Origin: Mustelus asterias
Taxonomy: Eukaryota
Direction: 5' to 3'
Assembly: GCF_964213995.1 (NCBI RefSeq)
Contig: NC_135801.1
Coordinates: 175,832,001 to 175,896,000 of the forward strand
DNA: 64,000 nucleotides
Below the pieces are notes generated by a model. It searched no databases. It saw nothing but the letters and a program-made list of their open reading frames with translations, and was not told where the DNA came from. Within the stretch, counting starts at the first letter, position 1. Every line of letters starts with the position of its first letter. Of the stretch, positions 38,061 through 51,899 are shown piece by piece. The position numbers were made by a program, and so were the translations under genes.

Positions 38061-39210
38061 TTCTGTCACGTCCTAACTTGCAGCTATCCTCTCTATGGTC
38101 TCCAGTTGGCCATAACTATGCTACATGCTGCAACTGCTGTTTCTCTCCCAGTTGTCGACCCTCTCCCACTAGCTGCTGAGGTGGATACCCCTGCAGTTCC
38201 TCCTCACTGATCCACCTCAGCATCGGTGGACCCCATATCCATATTCTCAGGTACAAAGGTCGGTAGCCCCCCCATTGAGGTTTGCAAGTCGCTGTAAGAA
38301 AATCACACCAAGTCACCTACCCAGTAGTGCCTGCTCATATCAGTACAAACCTTTGCCTATGGATGACCTCAAGCTTGCTGCTATCTCTGTTTATACTGCT
38401 GATTTCATATCTCAAGGTCTCAAAGATTTGACACTGTGCACTTGCCTGCTCTAACCTACTGAGCTGCAGATACAGCAAGTGACCCGTGTGTTGTCAGGAA
38501 AAAGACTATTACAAATGCAAAATGGCTTGTAATTGCTGTCTTGTTTGCCACAAATGGCTGGCCACCTCAACCACGGGAGTTTCTCACTTCACTCCCCACT
38601 CCCAACCTGCCCCTGGGAAAGATAGAAGGAGGCAGGAACACATCAAGATAACGCCCTGATGCCACCTTCTGCAATTTCCCCAGCCTGCATTCTGCCATTA
38701 CCACTTGTGGTGGCCTGAAAAGATTGGGACCTGTAGACATGAACTTGGCAATGTTAATCAGCCAACTATCAAGTCAGTGCCCAAGTCAGGTGGCCGCTGT
38801 ATTCTTATGGTTTTGATCCAACTGAGTGCCATTTCAGGGGACAGTTAAGAGTCAACCACATTGTTGCGGGTTTCAAGTCGCATCTATGACACGCTTGGTA
38901 AAAACAGCAAATCCCCTGCCCGAAAGGACATTTGTGAACCAAGTCAGTTCTTATGATAATCTGGTAGTTTCATGGTTACTGTGACTGATACTAGTTTTTT
39001 ACTCCAGATTTAATTTAATGAACTGAATTTAAATCCCCATATCTACCAAGGTGAGATTTGAGCTCATATCTTTGGATCATTATTTCAGTACCTTACCGCC
39101 ATACTCCAGTATATAACAATCAAGTTTGTGTCCAGATTTTAAATACAATGTACCTCAGAGATGGATTAAAGGCCCTGATGAGCACATTGTAGGGTGGATG
39201 ACAGTTAACC

Positions 39211-39566
39211 TGGCGGCACGGTAGCACAGTGGTTAGCACTGCTGCTTCACAGCTCCAGAGACCTGTGTTCGATTCCCGGCTTGGGTCACTGTCTGTGTGG
39301 AGTTTGCACATTCTCCTCGTGTCTGCGTGGGTTTCCTCTGGGTGCTCCAGTTTCCTCCCACAGTCCAAAGATGTGCAGGTTAGGTTGATTGGCCATGCTA
39401 AATTGCCCCTTAGTGTCCTGAGATGTGTAGGTTAGAGGGATTAGCGGGTAAATATGTAGGGATATTGGGGTAGGGCCTGGGTGGGATTGTGGTTGGTGCA
39501 GACTCGATGGTGCAGACTCGATGGGCCAGATGGCCTCTTTCTGCACTGTAGGGTTTCTATGATTCT
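39211..39566 (+). repeat. HE1-like SINE (CR1-type tail A)
   Basis: Same head/core; tail gcagactcgatgggcc...ctgcactgtaggg..tctatgattc. Confidence 0.85.
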
Positions 39567-40824
39567 AACCTCCGTAATGTTATAAGTATTTGCATGAAAA
39601 GACAGATCAATGTGATAATAAAATACGGCATTACGGGTTATCAGATCATCTACGTCCACACTGCAACAGGAAGTAAGTACCCACTCAAATCCTGTTACAG
39701 TTCAGCAATTCAGTTTCCCATTGAAATGCACTGAATTTACAACAGAAAAACAAGCTGTACCTCCCAGCCTATGTTAATGCTGATCCCCCATATAAATCGT
39801 TGTCCTAATCCCGAGCCCACCCTGGTCCTAGAATCATAGGATTTTTGATTCAATTTATTATTGTCACACGCATTGGGATACAGTGAAAAGTTTTGGGGGC
39901 TATTCTCCCAGCCCGCTGCTCCAGCAGCGTAATGGGCCGGGAGACTTCAGCGGGGGCTGTTTAATGGGCGAGCTACTGGGCGCCGTGGCACCTTCGGGGC
40001 CCAGATTTCCGTCGTCATTGTCACTAGGCTAGTTCTGATGGGAATGCATAAAATGCTTCCACAGTTACACAGCACCTTGTTTATAAAGGATTCCTCAGCT
40101 CTGTTGTTCTAACTCTGCAATGTGAAATTTTATATTCATGCCTTGTTCCAGACCATTCAATGTCAACAAGTTGCTTCAATAAAGAGTTAACAGGTAGTTG
40201 TGTGCGCACAGGCTGACTGGAAAATGACTTACTTGTAACATGGTATTTGTTTAAACAAGAGAATGGCCAAGACTGTAATATTTTGCACCCTCTCCTTTCC
40301 TTCTCCTCTATGTACTCTATGGACGGTATGTTTTGTTTGTACAGCATGCAAGAAACAATACTTTTCACTGTATCCCAGTAGGAGAGGTCACATGACACCA
40401 GGGTATAGTCCAACAGGTTTATATGAAATCAGAAGCTTTCTGGCTCCAAAAGCTTGTGATTTTACACAAACCTGTTGGACGAAAACCTGGTGTGGTGTGA
40501 CCTCTCATTTTGTCCACCCCAATCCCAACACCGGCATTCCACATCATATCCCAATACATGTGCCAAATACTAAATCAAATCAAATCAATACTAAAAACAA
40601 ATTGGTGTCTTATTGAAATTGCATAACTGTATAGCGCACCCAATACACGTGACAATAATGATAAATCAAATCAAATCGAATAAGGGTCATGATTTGATAG
40701 CAATAGACCAAGAAATATCGAATCATAATGTTGTTGGCCATGAGATTTGAAACCTTTCTGGAACCTCTTTCGTGTCTAACCTGTTAACACCCACGACTTA
40801 CACATTCAGTCTGTTGGGACTTAC

Positions 40825-41160
40825 CTTGTGTGAGGCGGTGGAGGCAGGCAGGCGTCTCTGGTATCGTTCTGACCCAGTCAGTTCACTGGAAACCCCGAGA
40901 GATCGAGGCTGGTGATGAAAATCGAAAACTGGTTAAGGAAAGGTCGAGGTGTGAGAAGCCGCTCCTTCACATCGCACACTGGAGGCAGGGCTACTCATGG
41001 CTGTTGGCCTTTGGTCCTCGGGATTTGCTAAAGGGAATGCTGACTCCACCCAGCTCTTTCTGGGGACAGTGTGAATCCAGGGCGGATCCCGGTGCTTCCC
41101 GCTCCTCATCCTAAACAGTGTCGTTGGTCGCAGCAAACTCAAAATCAGGCCTTCCTGCTC
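40825..41160 (-). other. Orphan GC-rich non-coding exon/promoter-like segment
   Basis: Perfect AAG|gtaagt donor at 40825/40824; CpG-containing unique sequence; ETS-like GGAAG and IRF-like AAAATCGAAAAC motifs; no long ORF. Confidence 0.35.
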
Positions 41161-41384
41161 AATTCGTTCATTTTTGGGGGTGTGAAGAATTTAAATTTGT
41201 ATAGCGCCTTTGACAAGTTCAAGCTGTCCTCCAGAGTCCAAGATCAACATTTTAAAATGAATCAAAACACAGTTAATATTTCATTAAAAACATTAACTAT
41301 AGTGATAAGTGAAAATGTGATTAATACCTTCCACCTACCCGTTGTGTTATAAGTCTGTACTTTACAATTTGAATTATGTATCAT

Positions 41385-42345
41385 ACAATCCCAACAGCCC
41401 AGAAGGAGGCCATTCGGCCCATTGAGCCTGCACCGACCACAATCCCACCCAAGCTCTTTCCTTGTAATCCCACTGATTTACTCTGCTAGTCCCCCTGACA
41501 CTAATGGGCAATTTAGCATGGCCAATCCACACATCTTTGGACTGTGGGAGGAAACTGGAGCACCCGGAGGAAACCCACGCAGATATGGGGAGAACGTGCA
41601 AACGCCACACAGACAGTGACCCAAGCCAGGAGTTGAACCCGGGTCCCTGGCACTGTGAGGCAGCAGTGCTAACGACCGTGCCGCCCAGCACTTTAATTCC
41701 ATTTGTCAATCTTACAAACAATACAGGGGAAACTGGCAGCAATTTACACACAGCAAGCTCCTGCAAATGTTAATGCACTGTTGCACTGTTTTAGTGGCGA
41801 ACAAGCTCTGAAGGGATCATACGTTTATCCAGCATTTTCTGTTTTGATTTGATTTGCTGGTAGGGCCAGCACATCGAGGAGAACACCCCATGCTTTAGTG
41901 AATAATGACATTGGATCTTTTCTGTCTGCCCTAGATAGGCCTCAATTCAACATCTCATTTAAAAATGGGAACTTCCAGCAGGGCAGATAGGCACTGCACT
42001 GTCATAGAATCATAGAATTTCTACAGTGCAGTAGGAGGCCATTCAGCCCATCAAGTCTGCACTGACTCTCTGGAGCATCTCACCCAGGCCCGTCCCTAAC
42101 CCCATAAATTTACCGCTCCAATTCCCCCAACCTACGCATCTTGGGGCACTAAGGGGCAAGTTAGCACGGCCAATCCACCTAATCTGCACATTTTTAGACT
42201 GTGAGGGGAAACCGGAGCACCCGGAGGAAACTCACACAGACATGGGGAGAATGTGCAAGCTCACACAGACAGTCACCCAAGGCTGGAATTGAATCCGGGT
42301 CCCTGGCATTGTGAGGCAGCAGTGCTAACCACTGTACCACCATGT
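41385..42345 (-). repeat. Two HE1-like SINEs (41385-41690, 42003-42345)
   Basis: Reverse-complement copies with tail A. Confidence 0.8.
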
Positions 42346-43580
42346 CAGCCTCCATTATCTCTTGAACTGGCCTTGAAACCACAGCCTTCTGACTCAGAGA
42401 CGAGAGTGCAATCACCATGACTAAAACAGACAAAATAACTATGCTCTACATTTTTTGTCCTAGAGTATGTCTACAAATATTGCAGTTTATTTAACCAGGA
42501 TGTCTTGAATGGCAGTAATTGCATTTCATTGCAAAACTGAATTTCTAAGAACATGCTAACTAACCAGTGAGTGCAGCTAGCCAACCTGTACTCTACATAA
42601 TTTTCACCACATGAAATAAATCCCACAGAGACAGGCAAGGCAGCAGGTGTGTTCTGCAGTCTGAAAAAGGGAGCGGTTTTTGTGCCACCTGCTACTCTGT
42701 GCAAAAGAAACACCCAACATACTTATTCACACTTTAACAACTTAATGATTACATCCTCCACACAGACTGCTTCAATAACCGTGGTAATGTAAATTCCCAA
42801 TGTCCAAAAGAAGTCTTAGAATCATAGAATCAGACAGTGCAGAAGAGGCCCTTCGGCCCATCAAGCCTGCACCGACATGTGAGATTTATATTTATAAAGC
42901 ACCCTTATCAAGATGAAATGTCCTGAGGCACAGGGGCATTATAAAACCAATTATGACACCCAGCCACACAAGTGATATTAAAAGTTTGGTCCAATGGTGC
43001 AACAATTAAAGTTCGGGATGTAGAACAGGCCAGAATGAAAGGAGTGCTGATATCTTGGGGAGCTTTGGGGCAAATGAACTTTGGTGGGTGGAGTCAGGCG
43101 ATGTTAAAGAATGCGAAATAGGTGATCTTAGTAATGCTGCAGATTTATGAAATCAGCCGGGTAAGATAATGGAAAGATGGGGAGAGAGTAGATGTCCTTT
43201 TTCAATTCTATAAATGAAATTTGAAAAAAATTGTTTCATTTTCGGAAGCATTTGATTTCAACAGCAGTAATGTTAGGGTATGTTTCTAAATTATGCTGCA
43301 TTCGCTGAAATGATAAAAAACTTCCAGAAAGTTGTAATTTCCTCAGAGCTATTGATACTTCAGAGCTAACACTTGTCCCAGATTGTCCCAAAGCTTGACA
43401 TGAAAGACACACAAACAGTATTCTAATATCTTTGTCACGAGGCTGGTTATGGTTCTGAAGAGAATGCATAAAATTATTCTTTTTTTGCCAGTTTAATATA
43501 TTTAAGAGTTTAGGCTACGATATTATTAGGTTGATGCTTTGCCAGTTGTGTTGTACTAGAATTATGTATGTGCATGTACT

Positions 43581-43890
43581 ATGGTGACACGTTGGCACTG
43601 TGGTTAGCACTGCTGCCTCACAGCGCCAAAGACCTGGGTTCAATTCCTGGCTTGGGTCATTCTCTGTAAAGAGTCTACACGTTCTCCCCGTGTCTGCGTG
43701 GGTTTCCTCCGGGTGCCCCGGTTTCCTCCCACAGTCCAAAAGACGTGCTGGTTAGGTGCATTGGCCATGCTAAATTCTCCTTCAGTGATACCCAAATAGG
43801 TGCTGGAGTGTGGCGACTGGGGGATTTTCACAGTAATTTCATTGTAATGTTAATGTAAGCCTACTTGTGACACTAATAAATAAACTAAAC
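43581..43890 (+). repeat. HE1/V-SINE-like SINE (tail B) within pseudogene copy B
   Basis: Same family. Confidence 0.85.
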
Positions 43891-44427
43891 TTCAGAATTG
43901 ACCTAGATAGTACTACGATGACACCAGGATAACTTCAAAAGTAACTTGTTGATTGCAAAGAGGTTTTGATTTTTCAGAGCATAGTTAAGCACAACATGAT
44001 GAACACCTTATTTCCTTTACTGCACAATTTATCTGCCTTTATAAACCAAACATGCAGTCTTGGTAACTTTCTACAGAGTAATGAGAAAAATATCATTTCC
44101 AACATCTAAAGAGTTTAGAAACAGACAATTTGATGAATAGAACATATGATTTGTAACTGGGACCTTATCACTTTTATTCTGAGTAATTATGTCTCTATAA
44201 GCACTTACTTATTGTAAGAAGAGAGGAATTCTCAGAAGTAATGTTTTGAGGCTCTCTGCATTGGTCAAAATATTTTTCTTTCTCTGGTGTATTTTATTGT
44301 TTCAAATATTATACATGTGATACTGGATCAATAGATTCTTTGCAAAAAGGTACTTTACATTAATGATTCATTTACTAGGCAGCGTGGGTGCACTCTGTTT
44401 CATTAACAAAGTGAAGAAATATCATTA

Positions 44428-44800
44428 ATGCTCAATGCTTACAGAATACTGAGAGGCCTAGGTAGAGTGGACGTGGAGAGGATGTTTCCACTAGTGGAAG
44501 AGACTAGAACTGTAGGGCACAACCTCAGAGTGAAGGGACGCTCCTTTAAAACTGAGATGAGGAGGAATTTCTTCAGCCAGAGGGTGGTGAATCTGTGGAA
44601 CTCATTGCCACAGAAGGCTGTGGAGGGTGGGTCATTAAGTGTCTTCAAGACAGAGATAGATAGGTTCTTGATCAATAAGGGGATCAAGGGTTGCGGGGAG
44701 AAGTCAGGAGAATGGGGATGAGAACCATATCAGCCATGATTGAATGGTGAAGCAGACTCGATGGCCTAATTCTGCTTCTATATCTTATGGTCTTATGGTC
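44428..44800 (+). repeat. CR1 3'-end fragment (similar short 3' ends at 24905-25410, 32245-32507, 37135-37520, 46110-46750)
   Basis: FFSQRVVNLWNSLPQ and 3' tail. Confidence 0.85.
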
Positions 44801-47799
44801 TCTTGTAACGGGGTGTATTAAGCTGAAGGAGGGCAGTAAAACATTTCATAATAGTTTGATCTAGAGTAATTTCTAACTCCTCTAGCAAGTCTTCCTTTCA
44901 GTGGAATGTTGGCACATTGACTGGTTCATTCATAAATAATCAAGATATCATCAAACAATGCTGAAATCTACACAGCATCTAACAGAAATGTTGCTGTCAA
45001 TTTCATATCCAGGTACAAGCCATCTGAAAAAGGTTGGATCAACTATTTCACTCAACTGAAATGGATGGTGAAGAATGAATAAAAAAAAAATCAAATATAT
45101 TTAGAAGTTATTCTGCTGCGTGATCAAAAAATAATATTTCTAATCACCAAAAAAAGGCTGATAGTCTTATCTTAAAAACTCAATGCACTTTGCATAGAGT
45201 TTAATGTGGAGGTAGGAGTGAATTTGGAACACAGGCACAAGAGGGCAATGTTTTATAAGTCCCCTATTACCTCAAGAAACCAAATGGATACCGAATGAAA
45301 CTGCTCCTTTCAACTATTCAGCAGTTGCTGACCACAACCTGCTAAATTCTAATTAGATGCTTTACTGAATTAAGTAATGCAAAGTCACCGTTTGGTGGTT
45401 CACACAACACATTGGTTTATATTAACATGGGTCTATTGGTTAAAAATGAACACCTGTCTAAAAATCACCACAATGTGTTCCTAACCCTGTAAAACATTAC
45501 ATAACACTAATTTATGCAAACATTTTAGGGGACCATATAGCGTGGTGGCTGATGTTATTTTAATCTTTGCAAACCTTAGCCACTTGCAACTGTTGGGCTT
45601 TAATTAAGCCCTTACTGTGCCATGATGAGTTATTCCACACAAGATGCATGTTCCATGCATCAGATAACCCATTGAGTGAGACCAACCATGCATCTAATGT
45701 GAAAAATTGTATCAAATTATCCCAACATGTCAATGAAGTAATTATTTTTGTAATATAACAATCATTGAGTTTTCAAGTCAGAAAACAGCTAATCACTAGC
45801 CAACATTTTCAAAGTGGTTGTACTTGCAAGGTGGAAAAATATATATAATATTTCCACTTATAGAGCATCTTATCGCTTTTTATGGAGCATTTTATAATTA
45901 TAATTATAAGGAGATCCTTATAATTAATTACACTTCTGAACTTCAGTGACTGTTATGTGAGAAAATGTACATTCGGTCGATAGAAAGTAAAAATCAGAGG
46001 AATAATAGAAAAGAGAATAGGGAAAAATAGAATGGGATAAAAAGAGAAAAAAAGACCAGAAATAGTACTAAAATAGAATGTTAAGTAAAAAATGTTCTGT
46101 TTCTTTTGGTAGGGGAGGAATCTCATGGAGATTTATAAAATTCTAACAGGACTAGACAGGATAGATGCAGGGAGGATGTTCCCGATGGTGGGGGAGCCCA
46201 GAACCAGCGGTCACAGTCTGAGGATTCAGGGTGGACCATTTAGGATGGAGGTGAGGAGACATTTCTTCACTCAAAGAGTGGTGAGTCTGTGGAATTCATT
46301 ACCACAGGAAGTAGTTGTGTCAAAATATTGAATGTATTCAAGAAGTGTGGAGTTTGCACATTCTCCTCGTGTCTGCGTGGGTTTCCTCCGGGTGCTCCGG
46401 TTTCCTCCCACAGTCCAAAGATGTGCGGGTTAGGTTGATTGGCCATGCTAAAATTGCCCCTTAGTGTACTGAGATGTGTAGGTTTGAGGGATTAGCGGGT
46501 TAATATGTAGGGGTCTGGGTGGGATTGTGGTCGGTGCAGACTCGATGGGCCAAATGGCCTCTTTCTGCACTGTAGGGTTTCTATGATTTCTAGAAGCAGC
46601 TGGATGTAGTACTTGGGGTGAATGGGATCAAAGGTTATGGGGAGAAAGCAGGATTAGGCTATTGAGTTGAATGATCAGCCATGATCGTAATGAATGGCGG
46701 AGCAGGCTTGAAGGGCCAAATGACCTCCCCCTGCTCCTATCTTCTATGTAGTTTGAGGATATTTTTGCAGTCTTTATCTGATCTCAGAACTGCTTTATTC
46801 ATGTAATGTTGTTGCTTGTTTATGTTTTAGTTGGCTTGAGCTAATAAAATGAGATTAGAGTTTCCTAGAACTGTAATCAAAAAGTTAACACAACAAGCAA
46901 TTCACCAAAGATCCTTAGACAGCACCTTCCAAACCCACGACCACTTCCATCTAGAAGGACAAGGGCAGCAGATAAATGGGAACACCACCACCTGCAAATT
47001 CCCCTCCAAGTCACTCACCATCATCCTGACTTGGAAATATATCACTGTTCCTTCGCAGTCGCTGGGTCAAAATCCTGGAATTCCCTCCCTAACGGCATTG
47101 TGAGTCAACCCACAGAACATGGACTGCAGCGATTCAAGAAGGCAGCTCACCACCACCTTCTCAAGGGCAACTAGGGATGGGTAATAAATGTGGCCAGCCA
47201 GCGATGCCCATGTCCCATGAATGAATAAAAAAAGAGAGGCAACAGGGAATTGTTCATGTTGCCAGAATGGGGCGAAGGAGGAAAGGGGATGGGAAGCATT
47301 TGGACATTAAGAAATTGACCATCCTGCTTGAACTACCTATTGGAGCTCAAATTGGAGACAAGTGCCGGAATTGTACTGGCAGATCCGCCCCAATTCCAGG
47401 GTGGGCGAGGCTCACAGAATGGCATTGGCCTAGGGAGGGATCTTACGAGCCTCGGGCTGGTGAGGCAGTAAAATTCCGGCAAACAGCTCTGTCCGCAGTG
47501 GGGAAGTCTCCGGGGTTGTAAACATTTCTGAAGCGACCAAGCTGTCTTTTTACAAGACCCAGTTCTGACACCCAATGGCCTCAAAATGTAAACTCCATCA
47601 CTAAAATTATAAAGACCAAAATCAAACATTTTACCTCTCGACTCCAAAAGACTCCATTCTTCCATTCTTAGTTTCACAAATTGTTCCAAGACTACCATAT
47701 TTCTACAAATCATCTGGGTGTACTCTTCTGACCCCATCTTTTGTGCTTTGTTATCAATTCTAGTATTCCTACAAGGTGGTTTCCCCTTTGGTTACAACT

Positions 47800-49990
47800 T
47801 GAGAGACTGCTGAAATCTGCTGTGGCACTCACAGTGTTCTAGGAGTGCTACAGATCATTGGAACTTGAATTTGGCCTGGTCAATCTGGCATTGTTGTCTG
47901 ACTGGCACCAATATGGACACAGTTTGCAGGACTGGTGCATTGTGGGTGTGCTGTCACCCTAGGAAATGATGTTTAGTGCCTCTCCGATGCTCTTTTTCAG
48001 GCACCCAGGAAGGTGCTTGATGATCCTATCCACACGCTCCTTTAGGTTTTTTTAAACTCGAGGATATGCTGAACTGAGAGGCAAGATGATAACGGTCAGA
48101 GCTTCCCTTGAAGCAGTCAGAGCTGTGACCAGAGGCTCCATCACTGTGGGTCCCCTAATAATGCTCAGAGTGCTGGCTACTCGCTCTGTTTGACTGTGTG
48201 GTCCAAATATTGTTGGCTGGACTCCTCCGTGTTCTCCAGCACTGTGCAGCAGCTCAGCGACATGCAGCCCAATGCCATTCAAACTTCCCCGCTGACCTTG
48301 TGTAAGGTGAGTCCTCTGCAGCAGGACTAGCATACGAGCTTTGTCTCTGTGAACTGCGTCCCCACTCACTCTATGCCACTGCCCTTGCCTCTACACACTG
48401 GTGCTGAGTTCATCCCCATGTGTAGATGAGTCCTCTGAACTCTACGCAATGTCAGTCAGTGAGCTGGTTTCAGCAAAGGTAAACTTGAGTGACCTTCCCC
48501 CTTCTGTTTCTTCATCTTTTCTTAGGCCTGTGTTAAGCTTCTGGACATGAGATAGAATGAGGAGAGATGTGTTAGTATTTATTGTCCCTGAAAAGCAGAG
48601 AAGGCAAATGGCTTCTGAAAGCTTGTGTGTCATAAATCATGTGTGTTAGTTATTTTTCATTTGTGGGACACGGGCATCACTGGTTGGCCAGTATTTGTTA
48701 CTCATCGCTAGTTGCCCTTGGAGGGCAGTTGAGAGTCAACCACATTGACGTGGCTCTGGAGTCACATGTAGGCCAGACCAGGTAAGGACGGAAGATTTCC
48801 TTCCCTAAAGGATGTTAGTGAACCAGATGGGTTTTTCCAGCAGTTGACAATGGTGTCATGGTCATCAGTAAGATTCTTAATTCCAAATAATTTTTTTATT
48901 GCCATGGTGGGATTCGAACCTGGGTCCCCAGAACATTAGCTGAGTTTCTGAATTAATAGTCCAGCGATAATACAAAGACGAGCACCTCCCCTAGTGAGAT
49001 TTAAGAGATGGGAATGAGGGGGAGGATGGCTACAGTCCATGCTGGGCCTACCCTGCAACCTCACTAGATATATTCACATGCTCCCCACCCATATCCATGG
49101 CCTGCTCTTCAGGTGAGGACAGCACATGGATGACTCCTGGACATCCTTCTGTGGCTACCTGCTTCCTATCATTGCGAATGGGAAATTCACTTTGGACTTC
49201 CCATTGGGAATATAGCCTTGCCCTGTGAGAAAAATGGGAGTGTGTCAGTGTTAGAGCAGCAAGAGGTTCTGAGGACACGTGTGCCAGGGTAGAATGCTAT
49301 CATTAATATCTGAAATGTGGCAGAAATAGGAGTAGGTGTGAAGGAGGTAACAGTGAAGAGGGTAACAGCCAGAATATGGTACATTACAGCCTCTCTGGAC
49401 TTGAATGCTTGGGATCAAGTCATTTCTGGATTTCAGAATTTTCTGGATTATAGGATCTCATTGGAATGCCTAACCACAAATGTGTGAACCAGAAAACACC
49501 ATTGGTATAGATATTTACCTGAAACATTAATTAGTGATATAGCATTAGAAAGCAGTAATAAGAGTTGTATTATTTCTCCATACACTTTATCTGCTCTGCT
49601 GCCAAAGTATTGTACTAAAATAATGCTCAGAAATTTCCAGATAACTAGTGTGGCCACATTGGATTTCTGGACTGGAGAGGTTATAATGGTATTAGGAGAT
49701 GAAGAAGGTGGATTGTAGTGTGCTGTAGTGGTTGGAGGAGTGTACTAAAAATTGAAGGAGGGAAGTGTGGTGAGAGCTGACACAACAGATTAAGTAGAGC
49801 AATAAGAGATGCAAGTTAGGAAGCTTACCTGAGTTATCCTGGTGAGGTTACTGAACTTTTCACTGCCTTGCAGTCATGCCCTGGAGGGTTGCGATGCTTC
49901 TGACAGGAACCCTCTCTGCCCACACATGCCAGCCAGCTTGCCACCTTCCTGCCACCTGGAGGACAGATGTTCCTCCTCTTGCTAACCTTT
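47800..49990 (-). mobile_element. Harbinger-like DNA transposon relic (Myb/SANT-like gene)
   Basis: KVSKRRNICPPGGRK... followed by AG|gtaagc, then IRNDRKQVATEGCPGVIHVLSSPEEQAMDMGG; resembles Harbinger MSANTD-type proteins. Confidence 0.5.
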
Positions 49991-51054
49991 CCCATCAAGT
50001 TCAATGCAGATAAATGTGAAGTCGTACATTTTGATAGGAATAACAGCAAGGTTCTTTATTACTTGGAAGATACAAGTCTAGGTGGAGTAGGGGAACAAAG
50101 GATCTCAGTTAGAGTATAAATGCGCAAATAACTGAAAGTTGCACCAGGGCCACAAAAACAAATCAAGCACTAGACTTCATTTCTAGAAGGATAGAATTGA
50201 AAAGTAGGGACGTTAAGCTAAATCTGTATTGAACCTTGGTTAGATCGCACAGAGAACTGCATGTGGCATTGTGGCACAGTGGTTAGCACTGCTGCCTCAC
50301 AGCGCCAGGGACCCGGGTTCAATTCCGGTCTTGGGTGACTGTCTATGTTTGCACGTTTTCCCCGTGTCTGCGTGGATTTCCTCCGGGTGCTCCGATTTCC
50401 TCCCACGCTCCAAAGATGTGCGGGTTAGGTGGATTGGCCACGCTAAATTGACCCTAGTGTCAGGGGGATTAGCAGGGTAAATGTGTGGGGTTACGGGAAT
50501 AGGGTCTTGGGTGGGATTGTGGTTGATGCAGACCCGATGGGCTGAATGACCTCCTTCTGCACGGTAGAGATGCTTTGGATTCAATTCTGGTTGCCATATT
50601 ATAAAAGGAATATAGAGGCAGTAGAGAGATTGCAGAGAAGATTGATTAGGATGATATGAGAAATGCATGGGTGCACATATCAGGAAAGGATTGACAGTCT
50701 TGATCTGTTTTCTGTTGAAAAAGAGGGTTGAGAAGTAACCAGAGATACCTTTAAAAATATGAAACAGTTTGATATAGTGGATTCAGGAAAATATGCTTCC
50801 TATTTGAGGAAGTGCATAACAAGACGCCATCAAAATAAGATAGTCACTGAGAAATGGGAATTCAGAAGAATTAAGAATGTGGAACTCACTACCACAGAGA
50901 GTTGTGGAAGCGAATCATCTCGATGAATTAAGGATAGACAAAGATTTGAAGGATGGTAGACTTATATGAAAAAAATTAGGTGGAGGCTCAAGTGGAGCAT
51001 AAATACTAGCATGGACAGGTTAGGCTGAATGGCCTCTTCCTGTGCCATATATTC

Positions 51055-51384
51055 TTCACTTCACTAACCACTTACTCCAATTCAGGGTTGCGGGGAGTCA
51101 GAGCCTATCCCGACAGACAGTGGACGTGGGGCAGTGAACACCCAGGAATGGACACCAGCCCATCACAAGACACACTCACACACAGAGGGGCAATTTAGCA
51201 TGGCCAATCCTTCTAACCTGCACATCTTTGGACTGTGGGAGGAAACCGGAGCACCCGGAGGAAACCCACGCACATATGGAGTATGTGCAGACTCCATACA
51301 GACAGACATCTAAAGCCGGAATTGAACCCAGGTCCCTAGAGCAGTGAGGCAGCAGGCCTAACCACTGTGCCACCATGCCGCCCT
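51055..51384 (-). repeat. V-SINE with a distinct third tail (C)
   Basis: Same head/core, but tail tgtgatgggctggtgtccattcctgggtg...gggataggctctgactccccgcaaccctgaa. Confidence 0.7.
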
Positions 51385-51400
51385 GGCCAAATATTCTATA

Positions 51401-51621
51401 GTAAGAAGTCTCACAACACCAGGTTAAAGTCCAACAGGTTTATTTGGTAGCAAAAGCCACTAGCTTTCAGAGCACTGCTCCTTCGTCAGGTAAGTCAATT
51501 AAGGAGCAGCGCTCCGAAAGCTAGTGACTTTTGCTACCAAATAAACCTGTTGGACTTTAACCTGGTGTTGTGAGACTTCTTACTGTGTTTACCCCAGTCC
51601 AACGCCGGCATCTCCACATCA
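51401..51621. mobile_element. Fold-back Penelope-like mini-insertion
   Basis: About 83-bp inverted arms (51401-51483 / 51500-51583) plus a constant tail; TSD-like atattctat. Confidence 0.75.
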
Positions 51622-51899
51622 TATATATTCTATCTAATGCAAGTGTCATACCTCAAACAAAATGGAAGAGGCAGGCCTTGCAGTTTCTGCTGTGCCTCCC
51701 ATTGTCCACAATCATCAGTTCCCGACAGCCAAATGGACTACGCCTGTAAGAGTTACAGGATGTCTTTGAATGGCTGCAGCCACATTGATATAGACGTTCC
51801 CATTGGGGAGATGCCAATAACAGTGCAACACCGATTTCATTTTAATTCAGTATCGGCACCAATTAGGGGTTCAATGTTACGTTCATGTGATTGGGGACA

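Larger units (their letters stand above)
42420..46820 (-). pseudogene. Decayed Toll-like receptor-like pseudogene, copy B
   Basis: Colinear paralog of copy A. LRR-like: LEILFFDH, YNI*NNKIHQRKKNILTNAESLKTLLLRIPL and ALRKLQLSGSFL. Weak TIR-like EYRLAS..LVSMFLEI..QLLPF near 42600-42500. Interrupted by SINE and CR1 insertions. Confidence 0.45.

Noticed and set aside
47333-47737. 134-aa minus-strand ORF
   Set aside because: Spans decayed repeat-like pieces and shows no recognisable domain
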